A stretch of DNA of 64,000 bases, taken from assembly GCA_918797485.1 (NCBI GenBank), contig CAKKNE010000006.1, forward strand, positions 3,162,001 through 3,226,000, read 5' to 3'. This DNA comes from Pelagomonas calceolata. Taxonomy: Eukaryota. The notes beneath the pieces are model-generated. The model did no database searches and was not told where the DNA came from. It saw nothing but the letters and a program-made list of their open reading frames with translations. A program made the translations under genes and the position numbers. Below, piece after piece: positions 8,767 through 20,813 of this stretch (position 1 is the first letter of the stretch; each line of letters begins with the position of its first letter).

Positions 8767-11433
8767 ATGTCCGGCTGCCTCGCGAAGACGTGGTTGGTGA
8801 CGAAGGACCTGGGCGGCACGGTCTACCGCCTCACCGACGCCTGCGCCGAGGCGTATGACTGCGCCGCCGGCAGCTACTGCCCCGCGGGCTACTACGCGGG
8901 CTCGGAAGCCGACGCCGCGGCCTACTTCGCCCAGGCCTGGTGGCCCGGCGAGAACTACATGGACGTCGACTGCGCCGTGGTGGAAGGCAGCGCCAACGGC
9001 GTCTGGACCTACCAGTGCGCCTGCGGCAACGGCTTCTGGTGCGCCGCGAACACCGCGATGCCCAAGTTCTGCCCCCCGGGCTACTTCTGCGAGACGCCGG
9101 CGGTCATCGAGGAGTGCCCCAAGGGCCACTACTGCAAGGAGGGCTCCGTCGAGGCGCGCGCGTGCACGGCGGCGCAGGACTGCCCACGCGGGTCCGCGGT
9201 GCCCGAGGAGAGCTCGTCGGGCATCCTCTGGTTCGTGCTCATCTCGGTCGTCGCCTACGTCGCCTTTAAAATAAGGACGCGCTACCAGGAGGACGCCCTG
9301 CGCATCGAGGCGCTCGAGGCCGAGGCGTACCACGACGCCGTCGAGGCCGCGGAGCTGTTGAAGGAGAAGCGGGCGGCGGCCGCGGCCGCCGCGGCCGTGG
9401 ACGTGCGCGGCGGCGGCGCCGCGGCCAAGGGGGGGACCGGAGAGACCTACCGCATCGAGTTCGAGGACATCCGCCTCGACCTGCCCAACGGCGTGACGAT
9501 CATGCGCGGGCCGTCGGGCTGCTTCCTGCCGGGCACGTCGACGGCGATCATGGGCGCGTCGGGCGCGGGCAAGACGACGATCATGAACCTGGTCACGGGC
9601 AAGGTCAAGAAGACGTCGGGCGTCATCCGCGTCAACGGCGAGGAGTGCGACTCGCTCGCCAGGTGGCGGAGCCGCGTCGCCTTCGTGCCGCAGGAGGACG
9701 TCATGCACCGCGAGCTCACGGTCTTCGAGAACCTGGAGTTCAGCGCGCACACGCGGCTGCCCGCCGACTGGGCGCCGTCGCGCAAGCAGCAAATGATCTT
9801 CAAGGTCCTCGACTCGCTCAACCTCGCGGCGATCCAGCGCTCGAAGATCGGCGACGAGTTCGAGCGCGGCATCTCGGGCGGCCAGCGCAAGCGCGTGAAC
9901 GTCGGCCTCGAGCTCGTCGCGGACCCCAAGGTGCTCTTCCTCGACGAGCCGACGTCGGGCCTCGACAGCGTCTCGGCGACGGAGCTCTCGGAGATGCTGC
10001 GGTCCATCGCCGAGGCCGACGGCCTCACGATCGCGGCCGTCATCCACTCGCCGGGCCCCGCGGCCTTCGCCGCGTTCCACCGCTTCCTGCTGCTCCAGAC
10101 CGGCGGCCGCCTGGTCTACGCCGGCCCGACGCGCGACGTCGAGACGTACTTCGGCGCGATCGGCTTCCCCTACCCGCGCGGCGACACGCTCGACACCATG
10201 GCGGACTACATCCTCAAGTGCGTCGCCGGCGGCGTCCAGCCGACCGGGCGGGCGGGCGCCGCGGCCGTCGCGGCCGCCGGCGAGCCCTGGGACCACATGA
10301 CGGGCTTCACGAAGCTGTGGCACGCGTCGAACGGCCTCCCGCCGCCGCCCGCCGACGACGCCGCGGACCACCACCGCCCGAGCTTCCACCGCGGCCACCC
10401 GCGGCGCCACGTGCGCATCTTCAACCAGATTGTATCGCTGCTCAAGCAGGACCTCGTCGACTACCCGCGCGACGTCGCGCGCGCGTTCTGTCCTACCAGG
10501 GGCGACCCGGACCGGCCGGCGATCTCCGCGGTGACGACCTTCGCCATCTGCCTCAAGCGCGCCTGCCGCCAGGCCTACGCGAAGAAGTTCCGCGGCTTCT
10601 TCGTGGGCACGATCGCCGTCTACTTCGCCGTCGGCCACGTCCTCGCGTCGCTCGTCGGCGAGCACCTCAACGTGCTCGGGGGCTACGGCCCCGACATCTG
10701 CGCGCAGCAGTACCCCGAGCTGCAGCGCGCGTGCCTCAACCTCCAGGACAACTCGTACGTCCCCGCGATCTCGTCCATCCTCTTCATCCTCGTCGCGATG
10801 GGCGCGGCGACGAGCGCGGCGACCTTCGGCTGCGAGACGGCGCAGTACTGGCGCGAGGCGTCGACGGGCCTCCACACGCCGGCCTACTTCCTCGCCAAGG
10901 TCGTCGCGGACGTGCCCCTCTGCGCCGTGTCCGCGGTCTCGATCTGGGGCGCCTTCGTGAGCACGTTCTACTCGCCCATGCACAGCGGCGCGCTCCTCCT
11001 GGGCTTCCTCCTCATCAACTACTTCGGCTACTTCTCCGGCTACCTCCTGTCGTTCCTGCTGCCCTACACGGCCTGCGGCCTCGCCGCCGTGGCCGCGGCC
11101 GTCTGGTGGGCCATCTTGTACGCGGGCTGCAGCGCCGCGCGCGCCGGGCACATGCGGCGCGCGAAGTGGCCCGATACGTGGATCTACGCGATCTCCGCGC
11201 CGCGCTGGTTCATGGAGGGCATCTTCGACGCGACGACCGTCGAGCCGTACGAGGAGGTCCCCTCGGGCCCGGCCAAGGGCGAGGGCTACTACGACCTCTC
11301 GCGGCAGAAGGACTTCTACGACTTCCACACCTCGTACTCGAAGTGCATGCTCTACATGTGCGCCATCAACGCCTGCCTCCTCGCGCTCGACCTCTTCCTG
11401 ATCGTCGCCACGAAGCTCGACAAGAAGCGGTAG
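8767..11433 (+). CDS. ABCG-family half transporter with N-terminal Cys-rich extracellular domain
   Basis: GASGAGKTT, ISGGQRKRVNVG, LFLDEPTSGLD, C-terminal TM domain; CPxGxYC repeats N-terminally. Confidence 0.92.
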   Translation: MSGCLAKTWLVTKDLGGTVYRLTDACAEAYDCAAGSYCPAGYYAGSEADAAAYFAQAWWPGENYMDVDCAVVEGSANGVWTYQCACGNGFWCAANTAMPKFCPPGYFCETPAVIEECPKGHYCKEGSVEARACTAAQDCPRGSAVPEESSSGILWFVLISVVAYVAFKIRTRYQEDALRIEALEAEAYHDAVEAAELLKEKRAAAAAAAAVDVRGGGAAAKGGTGETYRIEFEDIRLDLPNGVTIMRGPSGCFLPGTSTAIMGASGAGKTTIMNLVTGKVKKTSGVIRVNGEECDSLARWRSRVAFVPQEDVMHRELTVFENLEFSAHTRLPADWAPSRKQQMIFKVLDSLNLAAIQRSKIGDEFERGISGGQRKRVNVGLELVADPKVLFLDEPTSGLDSVSATELSEMLRSIAEADGLTIAAVIHSPGPAAFAAFHRFLLLQTGGRLVYAGPTRDVETYFGAIGFPYPRGDTLDTMADYILKCVAGGVQPTGRAGAAAVAAAGEPWDHMTGFTKLWHASNGLPPPPADDAADHHRPSFHRGHPRRHVRIFNQIVSLLKQDLVDYPRDVARAFCPTRGDPDRPAISAVTTFAICLKRACRQAYAKKFRGFFVGTIAVYFAVGHVLASLVGEHLNVLGGYGPDICAQQYPELQRACLNLQDNSYVPAISSILFILVAMGAATSAATFGCETAQYWREASTGLHTPAYFLAKVVADVPLCAVSAVSIWGAFVSTFYSPMHSGALLLGFLLINYFGYFSGYLLSFLLPYTACGLAAVAAAVWWAILYAGCSAARAGHMRRAKWPDTWIYAISAPRWFMEGIFDATTVEPYEEVPSGPAKGEGYYDLSRQKDFYDFHTSYSKCMLYMCAINACLLALDLFLIVATKLDKKR

Positions 11434-11788
11434 ACACCTCCCGCGCGGCCGCGCCCTCGCGAGACGCCGGGGCCCAATTAGACCGGGGGCTGTCGCGCCT
11501 CCCCATTAGCCCATTAATAGCCTAAGTACTAGGTCCTAAGTATGCTACACGCTGCTCTGCTCGATTTGCTCACCCAAGGCCTAGCCTGCAGCTCCGTCGG
11601 CGCGATGCCGCGATGCCGCGCGCGCGATCGATATAAAATCCGACCACGCTTCGCGCCTCGCGGCCTGCATATGACTGGTGGCAACCACGGCTCCCGGGCG
11701 ACGCTTCGGATCTTACAAAAAATAGTGCGGGGCCAGAACAACAGAAAGAGGCAGCCCAAGGACACAGCTGTACAGGGTCGCGTGAAGG

Positions 11789-14700
11789 ATGAGCGCTGCA
11801 CCAAGCGACGCGGCCGCCGCTGCCCCGGCACCGGGCGAAAAGAAGGCCGCCCGCCTGCCCGGCTTGCGCGGCCACCACAAGCTCTACCTCGCTGCTGCTT
11901 CGCTGGTCGCGGTGTGCGTCTGGCTCATCGTCTGGCTCGTGGTCTTTGGGAAGGTGCTGCCCGACGACATTGTGGGCTTCGCCGCAGTCGTCTTCCAAGT
12001 CACTGTAAAGTCGGGCGTTTTCGCGCTGCTCTTCGCGCGCTACGTCGCCGGCGCGGGCGCCGTCGTCGCGCCGGCGGACCCGGAGGGCAAGGTCGGCGCG
12101 GCGCCGGGCCTCCGCGCGTGGGCGCACGAGGCCTTTGAGCTAGACGCGGCACGCACGCGGGCACGGGGCGGCGTCGACGCGGAGCTGCACGTCCGGCGGA
12201 TCCGGATGCGGCTCGCCTGTTTGCAAGTCTGGGCGTTGCTGGCCGTGCCGCTGGCGTGCGTCTACGCGCTGGATCCGAAGAAATGCGGGTGGTTGCCCGA
12301 ACGGAAAATAGTCGAGCAAGAGCCCACCTGTGCAACCACTATGGATGTGGAGGCGTGCTGCCCGTGCTGCATAACAGAATATCTAACGCAGTTTTCCGCC
12401 GCTCAATGTGATTTTTTAAAAGCCGAAGGAAGAGATTGCCATCCCGTCTGCGAGGTCACGGTCAGGCAGGCGGGTTGGGGCCGGGCCCGGTCGCCGGGGT
12501 TCGACCGCATCTCGCTCGAGAACGTCATGTGCCGCGAGGGCAACACGGCGACGTGGCAGCTCTGGCTCGCGATTCTGGCGCTGTACCTCGGCCACTGGGC
12601 CGCGTATCGGATCATCGACGCGCACGACGAGGAGGCCACCGAGACCATCCGTGCCGCGGCGGTGGACGCGCCGCCGAATCACTACGCCGTCGCGACGACG
12701 GGCCTGCCCGAGCATCTGCGGGAGCCGGCCGAGCTCGAGGCGTTCTTCGAGGGCGTCTTCGAGAGGCCCGGCGCCGTCGTGCGCGTCGTGCCGTGCCGCC
12801 ACCTGAGCGCGGCCACGCGCGAGGTGGAGGCCCTCGCGGGCGGCGCGCCGCCACCGCCGGAGGGAGACGCCGCGCCCGAGGCGGCCGCCCGCGACGCCGT
12901 GGAGGCCGCCGACGCGGCCGCCGCGCACGTCGAGCAGCTCAAGGCCGCCGGCGCGGCGCCGGCGGCCGTCGCGGAGGCCGAGGCGCGCCGCGAGTCCCTG
13001 AAGGACAAGGCCGCGCGCGCGCTCAAGGGCCTCTTCGGCGGCGACGGCGGCGCGCGCGGCCGCGTCCAGGCGTTCTGCGAGGCCCTCAAGGAGGTCGAGC
13101 GGGCCGAGTGGCGGCAGGCGCTGCACGAGCGCTGGGAAAGCGAGGAGAAGAAGATGGAGAAGTGCCAGCGGGGCTGCGCCAAGTGCATCGACGGGTGCAT
13201 CTGCTGCCGCTCGTTCGTCGGGCGCAAGATCCAGAACCAGGCGGCGTCCCCCGCGGAGGCGCGGCGCCGCTGCGAGGAGGCGCGGAAAGCCGTCGCTGAC
13301 CACGCGGCCGAAGCGTCTCCGGACGGAGGGTCGGCGATCGTCGTCTTCTCGAACCTCGAGAGCGCCCAGGCCGCCGCGACCTGCCCCCTCGGGGCGTCGG
13401 ACGCGGCGACGGAGGTCTCGAAGCCGACGTACCGCGAGGACAAGCCGCACCGGAAACAGGAAAAGCGCAGCCGCTTGATCGTGACGCTGGAAACGGCTGG
13501 CTATTACTTAACGGGGTTGCAGGGCTGCGGGTGCCGCAAGAGCAAGCCCGTGCCGATGGAGGTGACGCCGCTGCCGGAACCGAGAGATATAGATTGGGGC
13601 GAGCTCGAGACGCTCGACCAGGAGCGCGGCGAGAAGTCGGACCGGATGAACGCGGGGCGGCTCATCAAGCTTTGCGTCTGGTTCGGCTACTCGGCGATCG
13701 TCGCGGTGTTTGCCGTGAACTGGGAGGCGCTCTGCGAGGAATACGCCAAGGACGACGACGGCGGGCCCTCGGACACCGCGCTGCTCTGGGACCTGCTCGC
13801 CGGCTTCGTGCCGGCGTTCTTTCAGAGCTGGCTCTTCAATTACGTGGCGGTCATCTTGTACAACACGAACCGCATGTTCAACAGTTTGTGGAGCGAGTCC
13901 TCGCTGCAGGCGAGCGTCGCGCGGGACTACTCCATCTTCTTCTGGATCGTCGCGTTCGGCGCGTACCTGCTGTCCGTCACCTGGGCCGACATCTCGAACG
14001 AGGCCTGGTCCTGCGAGGGGGAGTGCGACACCGAGGATGAAGACGAGGACGTCGATGCTGCGAGCTTTAACCCCAGCGTCGCGGTCAAGCTCATGGCCCG
14101 CGCGGTGCCGCGCCACGCGTGGCCATTCGCCGCTATCTTCCTTTTGCTGATCGGAAACAAGGTGGCCGACGCGCTCAGGGTAGTCCCTTACCTCAAGTAC
14201 GAGCTCCTGAAGCGGGCCAAGGTCGCGTCGGACGCGAGCGTGGCGGAGTCGCTCGAGCCGGGCGACGCTGACCTCGGCGCGCCGGCCGGCTGGTCTCTGC
14301 GAGGGAATCAAACTGCCCGAAGTGTCACGTCCACGTCGACGCCATCGACGCTGCGTCTGCTCACTCATTGATTTCACCACAGGCTGGGAAGCGTTCGCAT
14401 TGTTGGTGGGGGCATCTTTCGCCTGCATCTCGCCGTTCACGTGCGCGGTCTGCTACCTCTACTTCGTGGCCGCGTACGAGGCCGGAAAGCACGCTCTGTG
14501 TTGCCTGGAGACGATGCCCTTCGACACGCGCGGCGCGCTCTGGTTCGACGGCGTCGCGCAGACCCACACCGCGCTGTTTATCGCGCTGGTCGTCCAGCTT
14601 GTCGTATTGTGGTTTAACATCACCAACAAAGGGTTCTGGCCGGTCATTGGCGGTATCCCCATCCTGCTCATGTGGAGGCGCTACCGGGACAGGTGTCGCC

Positions 14701-15089
14701 GCCGGCACGCTACGCGGAACCTCCACGGCTTGGCGCGGGGCAGGATGCCGCTGAGGGACGGAAACGTCGTCGACGCGCTGAGGGACGGAGACGTCGTGCG
14801 CGACGCCCTGGCCCACCTCGCCGACCGCGACCGCTTCTTCGAAGCGCCCGAGGTCCTGCCGCCCAGAGACCACCCGGTGTACCGGGACGCCCTGCCGGGA
14901 CCGCCGATTACTTCCTCGACGGACGTCGAGGCGCGGCTCGCGGCGGTGACCGCGTGGCTCGAGCGCCACGACGGCGCCGCGGCCGCGTTCCTCGAGCGCG
15001 TCAACGGCACCGCGACCGTGCTCGGCGAGGACGACGCCATTCTGGTGGAGGACGACGTCGCGTGCGGCACGATGGGCTGCGGCCTCTGA
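11789..15089 (+). CDS. CSC1/OSCA/TMEM63-like calcium-permeable channel; exons 11789-14288 and 14383-15089
   Basis: Motifs YAVATTGLP, AIVVFSN, PEPRDIDW, multi-TM C-terminus with FDTRGALW; removing a 94-nt GC-AG intron joins two ORFs in frame (APAG-WEAF). Confidence 0.8.
14289..14382 (+). mobile_element. Introner-like GC-AG intron (degenerate)
   Basis: First 8 nt gctggtct vs exon start gctgggaa (5/8); imperfect TIR ctgcgagggaatcaa / ttgatttcaccacag (11/15). Confidence 0.7.
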
Positions 15090-15198
15090 AACTATTCGCG
15101 CGCCGCCTACCATGTTCCCAAAAACCGGGGCGAGCGTAAAGCAGTTCAAGTTTCAGTCTTACACGCGTACACTTCGGGGAGGGGGGGGGCACAGACAC

Positions 15199-16678
15199 TC
15201 ACTTCTTCTGCTTCTTCGCCGGCCGCGCGAAGGCGGCCATGGACTTCTGCGGCGCCTTCGGCCAGGCGGCCACGTAGGCCGCGACGTCGAACTTGCGCTT
15301 GCACCCGTTGTAGTTCATGTAGCGGACCTTGCCGAAGACCTCGCGCTCCTTCCAGCCCATGTCGTGCGTGCCCATGACGCTCCAGGCGCAGCCCACGAAG
15401 CCGTTCGGGTCGCACCCATCCAACGAGTACTTGTCGTTCAGGTACAGCGCCGTCGCCAGCGCCTCGGCCGGCGACGCCGTCCACTCGAGAATCTTCTTCG
15501 CCCAGTACATGCGCCTGCGTGGACATCAAAGTTTTACGGCGCGTTCCGTCGGCACCGGTTGCTTTCCACACGGACGTGCGCATGAACCCGTGCATCTTGC
15601 CCTGTCTCACTAATTGACGCTGCGCCGCGTTCCAGACGTCCTCGGCGGCCTCGGCCTGCTCCAGCGCGTCTCGACCGTACACGTGCTCCCTTGTATCATT
15701 CGCGTGCAATTCCAGCGAGTCGCGCGCCCACGGCGCCGCGCCCGCCAGCGAGTCGTAGTGCGGCTGGTAGTGGCAGAAGTTGTCCGACAGTTCGCGGCGC
15801 ACGATCTGCTCTTCCAGAAAAGACGCGACGGACTCGCTGTGCTTGGACCGCTCCTCGCGGACGCGCAGCGCCGCGCGCTGGCACGAGAGCTGCCCGAAAT
15901 TCAAGTAGGGCGACAGGTGCGAGGCCGCCTCGACGTTCGGGTCGTTCCGATGCTTCGCGAAGCGCTTGAGGCGCCCGTCGCCGCAGAAGGCCTCGAGCGC
16001 ATCCAGTGATGCCTTGCTCCCCGGCGTCAGCCAGTCGACGGGCGTCACCGAGCGGTCCGTCTTCTGGCGCGCGGCCTTGATGACGGGCCGCCAGTCGACC
16101 GTCGGTTGTAATGGGGGGCCCTGCGCCTCGAGCTCGGGGAGCTCTTTCAAGTACCGCGGCAGCTGGTCCGTGATCTTCTTGCGCAGCGTGCGCGCGCCGA
16201 CCTCCTGCTTCGGCGACGCCGCCCAGACGGGCACGACATTGTGCGCGTCCACGAGGGACGCGCCTATATTGTCAGGTAAAGCGTCGACGAGGTCTTTTGT
16301 CCCTTGCTTCGCCTCGCGCAGCGGCGAGAAGTCACACACCACGTGACTCACCTCGTGCGCCGTCGCGAAGGCCGCCACCGCGGCGCCCGCGTCGTCCGCC
16401 ACTTCGATCAAATCGAACGCGAAGCCCTTCGCGTTCAGGTCGCGGCCCGTCTCGACCAGGCCCTTCAGCTGGAAGTCCAGGCGGCGCTCCGTCGTTATCG
16501 TTCCTAGAGCGAAGACGACGCGCGCCTTGCTTCCGTTTTCCTTGGCTAATGCGGCGGCTCTCAGGAGGGCCCAGTTGTCGGCCGCGCGCTGGTCGCGGGC
16601 CATCCAATACAGCACGTCGCCCTTGTTATTGGATCCAGCCTTGAGTGAGCGCTCACGCGTCGCGTCCCAAGCAGCCAT
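15199..16678 (-). CDS. Class II CPD photolyase; exons 16678-15582 and 15514-15199
   Basis: [62 protein letters not shown] after splicing, FGKVRYMN; basic C-terminus PAKKQKK. Confidence 0.93.
15515..15581 (-). mobile_element. Introner-like GC-AG intron
   Basis: Minus strand: TSD gcgcacgt vs gcgcatgt (7/8); TIR ccgtgtggaaagcaa / ttgatgtccacgcag (11/15); removal restores FMRMYW. Confidence 0.85.
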
Positions 16679-17145
16679 TGTTGTTGCAGTTCGTCGCGCG
16701 TTTCTCGCAGGCCTGCTGACTGAGAGCACACTCTGACGCAGTGAGTTTGTCCGCACGAATGCGCTAGCCGTCCCGAAGACCGCAGCACGGATGAGCGAAC
16801 GAATGATTGAAACGTTTGCGCGCGTGCAAGCAGTCAATGCTTGCGATTACGATGCGCTCAGCGTGTTTTTATGAGTTGGCTCCAGCTGCAGAGCTGGAAT
16901 CGAGAGCAAAGCAAATTAGACCCACGGTGTACAAGAACCCTAGAAGACATATGAAAAACATACTTTCAAGACTCGACCAAGTAGTTTAGCTTCTCGCGGG
17001 TTTTCCACGCTGATTTTCCGAGCGCCGCGCCGCCGCTCTCGCACATTCGTCGCCCTCTCACTCTCAAAGTCATTAATTTGGGTGGTGCGTTGCCCGTGGC
17101 TCGTGCCCCGCGGCCATAGATTTGGCAAAGCACATTCCCCTGAAA

Positions 17146-18141
17146 ATGGACTATCTCGCCTTCGGCTTCTCCGACGGCGTCGGCTCGCGCTCCTCGCTCT
17201 CGCTCCAGAACGGCGACCAGCCGATCGAGCGGCGCACGAGCCGTCTCTGGATCAATAAGCTCACGGGCCGCGTCGACGACGAGCCGGCGAGCCTCCCGGC
17301 GCGCCCCAATCGATTGACGCCGACGCGCAGTTTTCCTCAAGTCGCCGTGGGCCTGGAGGCGCCCTCCGACGGCCGCCGCACGACGCAATCGCCGCCGCGG
17401 CGGCTGTCGACGGTCGTCAGCGACCCGAGTGCCCAGAGCGGCCAGAGCCTCGACGCCGACCTGCGCAACCGCCTGGCGGCCTGTGAGGAAGCGCTCGACG
17501 CCGTCCAGACACGCCTGGCAACGCTCGAGGCCCAAGTTCACGGCGTGGACGACGACGAGCTCGAGGACGTCTCGGACGCGAACTGGGCCAGCGCGACGCG
17601 CGCCGTCACGGACCTCGACCGCCAGGTCGCGGCGCTCCGCCGGCGCCTTCCACCGCTCGACGCGCCCCGGGACGAGCCGCCGCCGCGGCCGGCGCGCGCC
17701 GGCTGGGCCTGCTGCAACTTCTTCGGCCGCCGCGCGCCCGCGCTCCCGGCGGGCCTGCCGCGGCCGACGTCGCTCGACCGGATCACGCCGTTCAACGAGC
17801 GCATGGCGCCGACGCCCGCGTCCGGGACGAGGTGTCTCGACGCGTCGCCGGACGCGCCGGCGCCGGTGCGCGGCCGCCGCGGCTTCTCGGGACGGTTCGA
17901 GCCAAACTTGTCCGAGCAGCTGGCCCAGTTCTCGCACAAGGCCCCGTCGCCGGCGGAGAGCCTCTTTTCGCGGACGCTCCCGAAGACGTCGCCGCTCTCG
18001 ACGCCCGGGACGTCGCAAGAGGCCCATCCGCCGACGCCGCCGCTCACGCCGCCCCTGACGCCCCCCGAGGGGACGCAGACGAAGCCGCAGGTGCTCGTAG
18101 GGCGGTGGCTGCCGGCCTACGGCGAGGAGGCGCCGCTCTAG
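17146..18141 (+). CDS. Hypothetical protein with coiled coil and Pro/Ser-rich regions
   Basis: Long ORF with GC3 bias; coiled-coil-like segment LRNRLAACEEALDAVQTRLATLEAQV. Confidence 0.6.
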   Translation: MDYLAFGFSDGVGSRSSLSLQNGDQPIERRTSRLWINKLTGRVDDEPASLPARPNRLTPTRSFPQVAVGLEAPSDGRRTTQSPPRRLSTVVSDPSAQSGQSLDADLRNRLAACEEALDAVQTRLATLEAQVHGVDDDELEDVSDANWASATRAVTDLDRQVAALRRRLPPLDAPRDEPPPRPARAGWACCNFFGRRAPALPAGLPRPTSLDRITPFNERMAPTPASGTRCLDASPDAPAPVRGRRGFSGRFEPNLSEQLAQFSHKAPSPAESLFSRTLPKTSPLSTPGTSQEAHPPTPPLTPPLTPPEGTQTKPQVLVGRWLPAYGEEAPL

Positions 18142-18180
18142 ACTAAGGTAAGCGAATCAATCAACACATCGCCTATTTAC

Positions 18181-19200
18181 TCAGAGCTCCTCTCCCTTGG
18201 CGCCGCCGCCGCCAAAGCGCTTCCGGAAGCCCGCGAAAGGCCCTGCCTTTTTGTCCGACGACGTGGCCGCGGCGCCGGCATCGGATGACGCCACGGTCCG
18301 CGGCCGCGGCGCCGGCGTCGGCGCCAGGGCCGGCGGCCACACATCGCCTGGAGAAGGCGGCACCTCGTCCGCGTCTATGCCATTCTCTTCCAACAAGACG
18401 CGCGTCCTCCTTTCAACGAGCGCCGCGTCGTCGCCCCAGAGTTTCCGATTCTCGGCAAGAAACGCGGAGACGGCCAGGCCCGCCTTCCGCGCGCGCACGT
18501 TGACGGCAGCGGGCTCGCCCAACTTTACCGCCTCGTCTAGCCAGTGCTTCGCCAGCGCCCGATCTTTTTTGTCGTCATTTCCTCGATTAGCATGAATGAA
18601 AAACAGGTTGAACGCCGCCGCCGAGTGGCCCCGGAAGGCCGCCTGCGCGTACCACTGCCGCGCGCGCGTCTCGCTCGCCGGCAGACATCTACAGTTATCT
18701 CTGTCGGCGAAGGTCACGAGGTCGTCGTTCAGCCACCAGGGCGTGAACAGGTCGTGCTGCGTGCCCAGATAAAAAGCCGCGGCGCCGGGCCTTCGATCTC
18801 CTTGACTAGGGTCGTCGACGCCTAGCACTTCAGGTCGCGGGAACTCCTTACTGTACATTTCAGCGGCCACCCTCACAATCCGCTCGCACCACGTCGCGTT
18901 CGGCGGCGGCGGCGCCGAACAGAAGGTCTTGCCCACCTGGAGCATGGCCCAACTGTCGCCCTGCGACGCGTTCCTTACTAAATCGGCGTGCCTTTCTGTT
19001 TCTGGTGTGAGCTCCGTGCCGAACCGGGCCGCCTCCAACCGCTCCTCCATGTACTCATAATGCGCGTCTTCGTCGCTCAGCGCGGCCGTGACCATGGCGT
19101 CCAATAGAGCATACATGCGCGCCTTGCCCCCCGCCTCGCTCGGGTCGTAGTCCTGGGCTGCCGCGGCGGCGTAGGGGAGGAACAATGCCGTGCGCCACAT
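18181..19200 (-). CDS. Secretory-pathway Sel1-like repeat protein
   Basis: Signal peptide; ARQWYAQAAFRGHSAAAFNL and AKHWLDEAVKLG resemble SEL1 repeats; C-terminal GEEL resembles an ER-retention signal. Confidence 0.7.
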   Translation of the reverse strand: MWRTALFLPYAAAAAQDYDPSEAGGKARMYALLDAMVTAALSDEDAHYEYMEERLEAARFGTELTPETERHADLVRNASQGDSWAMLQVGKTFCSAPPPPNATWCERIVRVAAEMYSKEFPRPEVLGVDDPSQGDRRPGAAAFYLGTQHDLFTPWWLNDDLVTFADRDNCRCLPASETRARQWYAQAAFRGHSAAAFNLFFIHANRGNDDKKDRALAKHWLDEAVKLGEPAAVNVRARKAGLAVSAFLAENRKLWGDDAALVERRTRVLLEENGIDADEVPPSPGDVWPPALAPTPAPRPRTVASSDAGAAATSSDKKAGPFAGFRKRFGGGGAKGEEL

Positions 19201-19798
19201 TGCTATCGCAGCAATGGTCTTTTGCAGCGAGGCGCGCGCCGGCGGGCAGCCTCTCTTTTTGAGTTCGGGGTTTGAAGGACCGCTGCCGACGCGCTAAGAG
19301 TCGTCGGAGGCCTTTGTCGATCCCTCGAATGGCCATTTCCAGGGGATAGCTACGATTGTTGCGCGCCGAACCCGAACAGCCTCTGAGCTCAGTTTTGTCT
19401 CTCCCAAGTTGATACCACCAGCAATCCAGAAAGTGAGTACCGACAGCCGCACGCGCGCGACCACAGCCCCACGATGCCTCCTTACCTTATCCGGCACGCC
19501 AGCAATCGCGTTCAGCAGTCGCTGCGTGCAAAAAAGCCGCGTGCGGCTTGGGCACGGCATGGCTGCAGAATAGCCGCATTTGCGTTGCATTGCTGCAACT
19601 CGCGCGCGTCGCGGTACCGCCCGGTCCCGCACGCGTCGCGCCGCTGGTTTGCGCTGCAAAGGAACGCCCTCACACAACGCTTTGCCCTCGAACGCGGGCC
19701 GACGACCACCGCCGCGAACTTGAACTCGCACGACTCGCCCGTCAGAAGATCACGACAAGCACACTGCGACCGCGCGCAGGCACAAACAACCAGCAACC

Positions 19799-20706
19799 AT
19801 GCAGCTCATCTCTACTCTCGCCCTCGCCGCCTCGGCCTCCGCGCTCGTCGCGCCGGTCGCGCCGCAGACGTCCAAGGTCGTCCGCGCCGGCGCCACGCTC
19901 GACGATCAGCTGAAGAAGATCCCGGGCGTCTCGCCGCTCAAGAACGCCCCGGCCGACTACGGCTTCGACCCGCTCGGCTTCGCCAAGGTCTCATACCCGC
20001 GCTTCGGCCTGCCCGACGACGAGCTGCTCCGCACGAACAACCTGCGCGACGCCGAGCTCCGCCATGGTCGCCTCGCGATGCTCGCCGCCGCGGCGTGGCC
20101 GATCCAGGAACTCGTTCACCCGTCGTTGGCCAAACTCGCGGGCGCCCCCGAGCTTTTGTCGGACGGCCGCTCGCCCTCCATCTTAAATGGTGGCCTCGTC
20201 GCGGGCCCGGTGCCGGCGTTCCTGCTCGCGACGGCTGCGGCGATCGGCTACCTCGACGTCCAGGCCGAAGCCAAGAAGGCCGAGTACCCGGCAGAAGATT
20301 GGATCCCTGGGTTCGGCGCCGTGTCTCTCAAGATGCCTTAGATATCACCAGCACGCCATCGACGCGGAGCCAAAATGATGTCCGCGCAGGTACTACGGCT
20401 TCGATCCCCTGAACATCGTCGGCGGCATGTCGCCGCTCGCGATCAAGAACATGCAGGCGCGCTTCGGAGTCCGAAACACACTCCACGCCGTCGACGCGCC
20501 AGCTCGACGCCTTCCGCACGCAGGCCAAGGAGATCAACAATGGAAGACTCGCTATGGTCGCCGTCGTCGCCTACGTCGTCCAGGAGGCCATGACGGGCGA
20601 GCCCGTGACCTCCGTGAGCGAGCAGTTCTTCACGCCCATCATCTACTACCCGTGGGTCCAGCACCTCCTCACGGACGCGTTCGGCATCGCGTCGTTCCGC
20701 TCCTAG
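19799..20706 (+). CDS. Light-harvesting chlorophyll-binding (LHC/FCP family) protein; exons 19799-20310, 20390-20456, 20524-20706
   Basis: Bipartite presequence (ASASAL), GFDPLG, AELRHGRLAMLA, second GFDPL and KEINNGRLAM after removing two introns. Confidence 0.93.
20311..20389 (+). other. GT-AG intron 1 of the LHC gene
   Basis: Removal gives WIPGYYGFDPL; contains acgccatcgacgcg motif. Confidence 0.85.
20457..20523 (+). other. GC-AG intron 2 of the LHC gene
   Basis: Removal gives NMQAKEINNGR; gcaggc repeated at both junctions; contains acgccgtcgacgcg motif. Confidence 0.85.
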
Positions 20707-20813
20707 GAAGCCCCCCTCTCTCGCGCGTTGTAAATGTCCCTTGTCGTTACTCGACGAACGCGGGCGCGCGCGGCCGGTCGCACTGACTCTGGCGCGCGCA
20801 GCTCTTCGTGTCG

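Noticed and set aside
8632..11328. 898-aa minus-strand ORF
   Set aside because: Antisense shadow of the ABCG gene caused by strong GC3 codon bias; no recognisable motifs. The same applies to most overlapping Arg/Ala-rich ORFs in the track.
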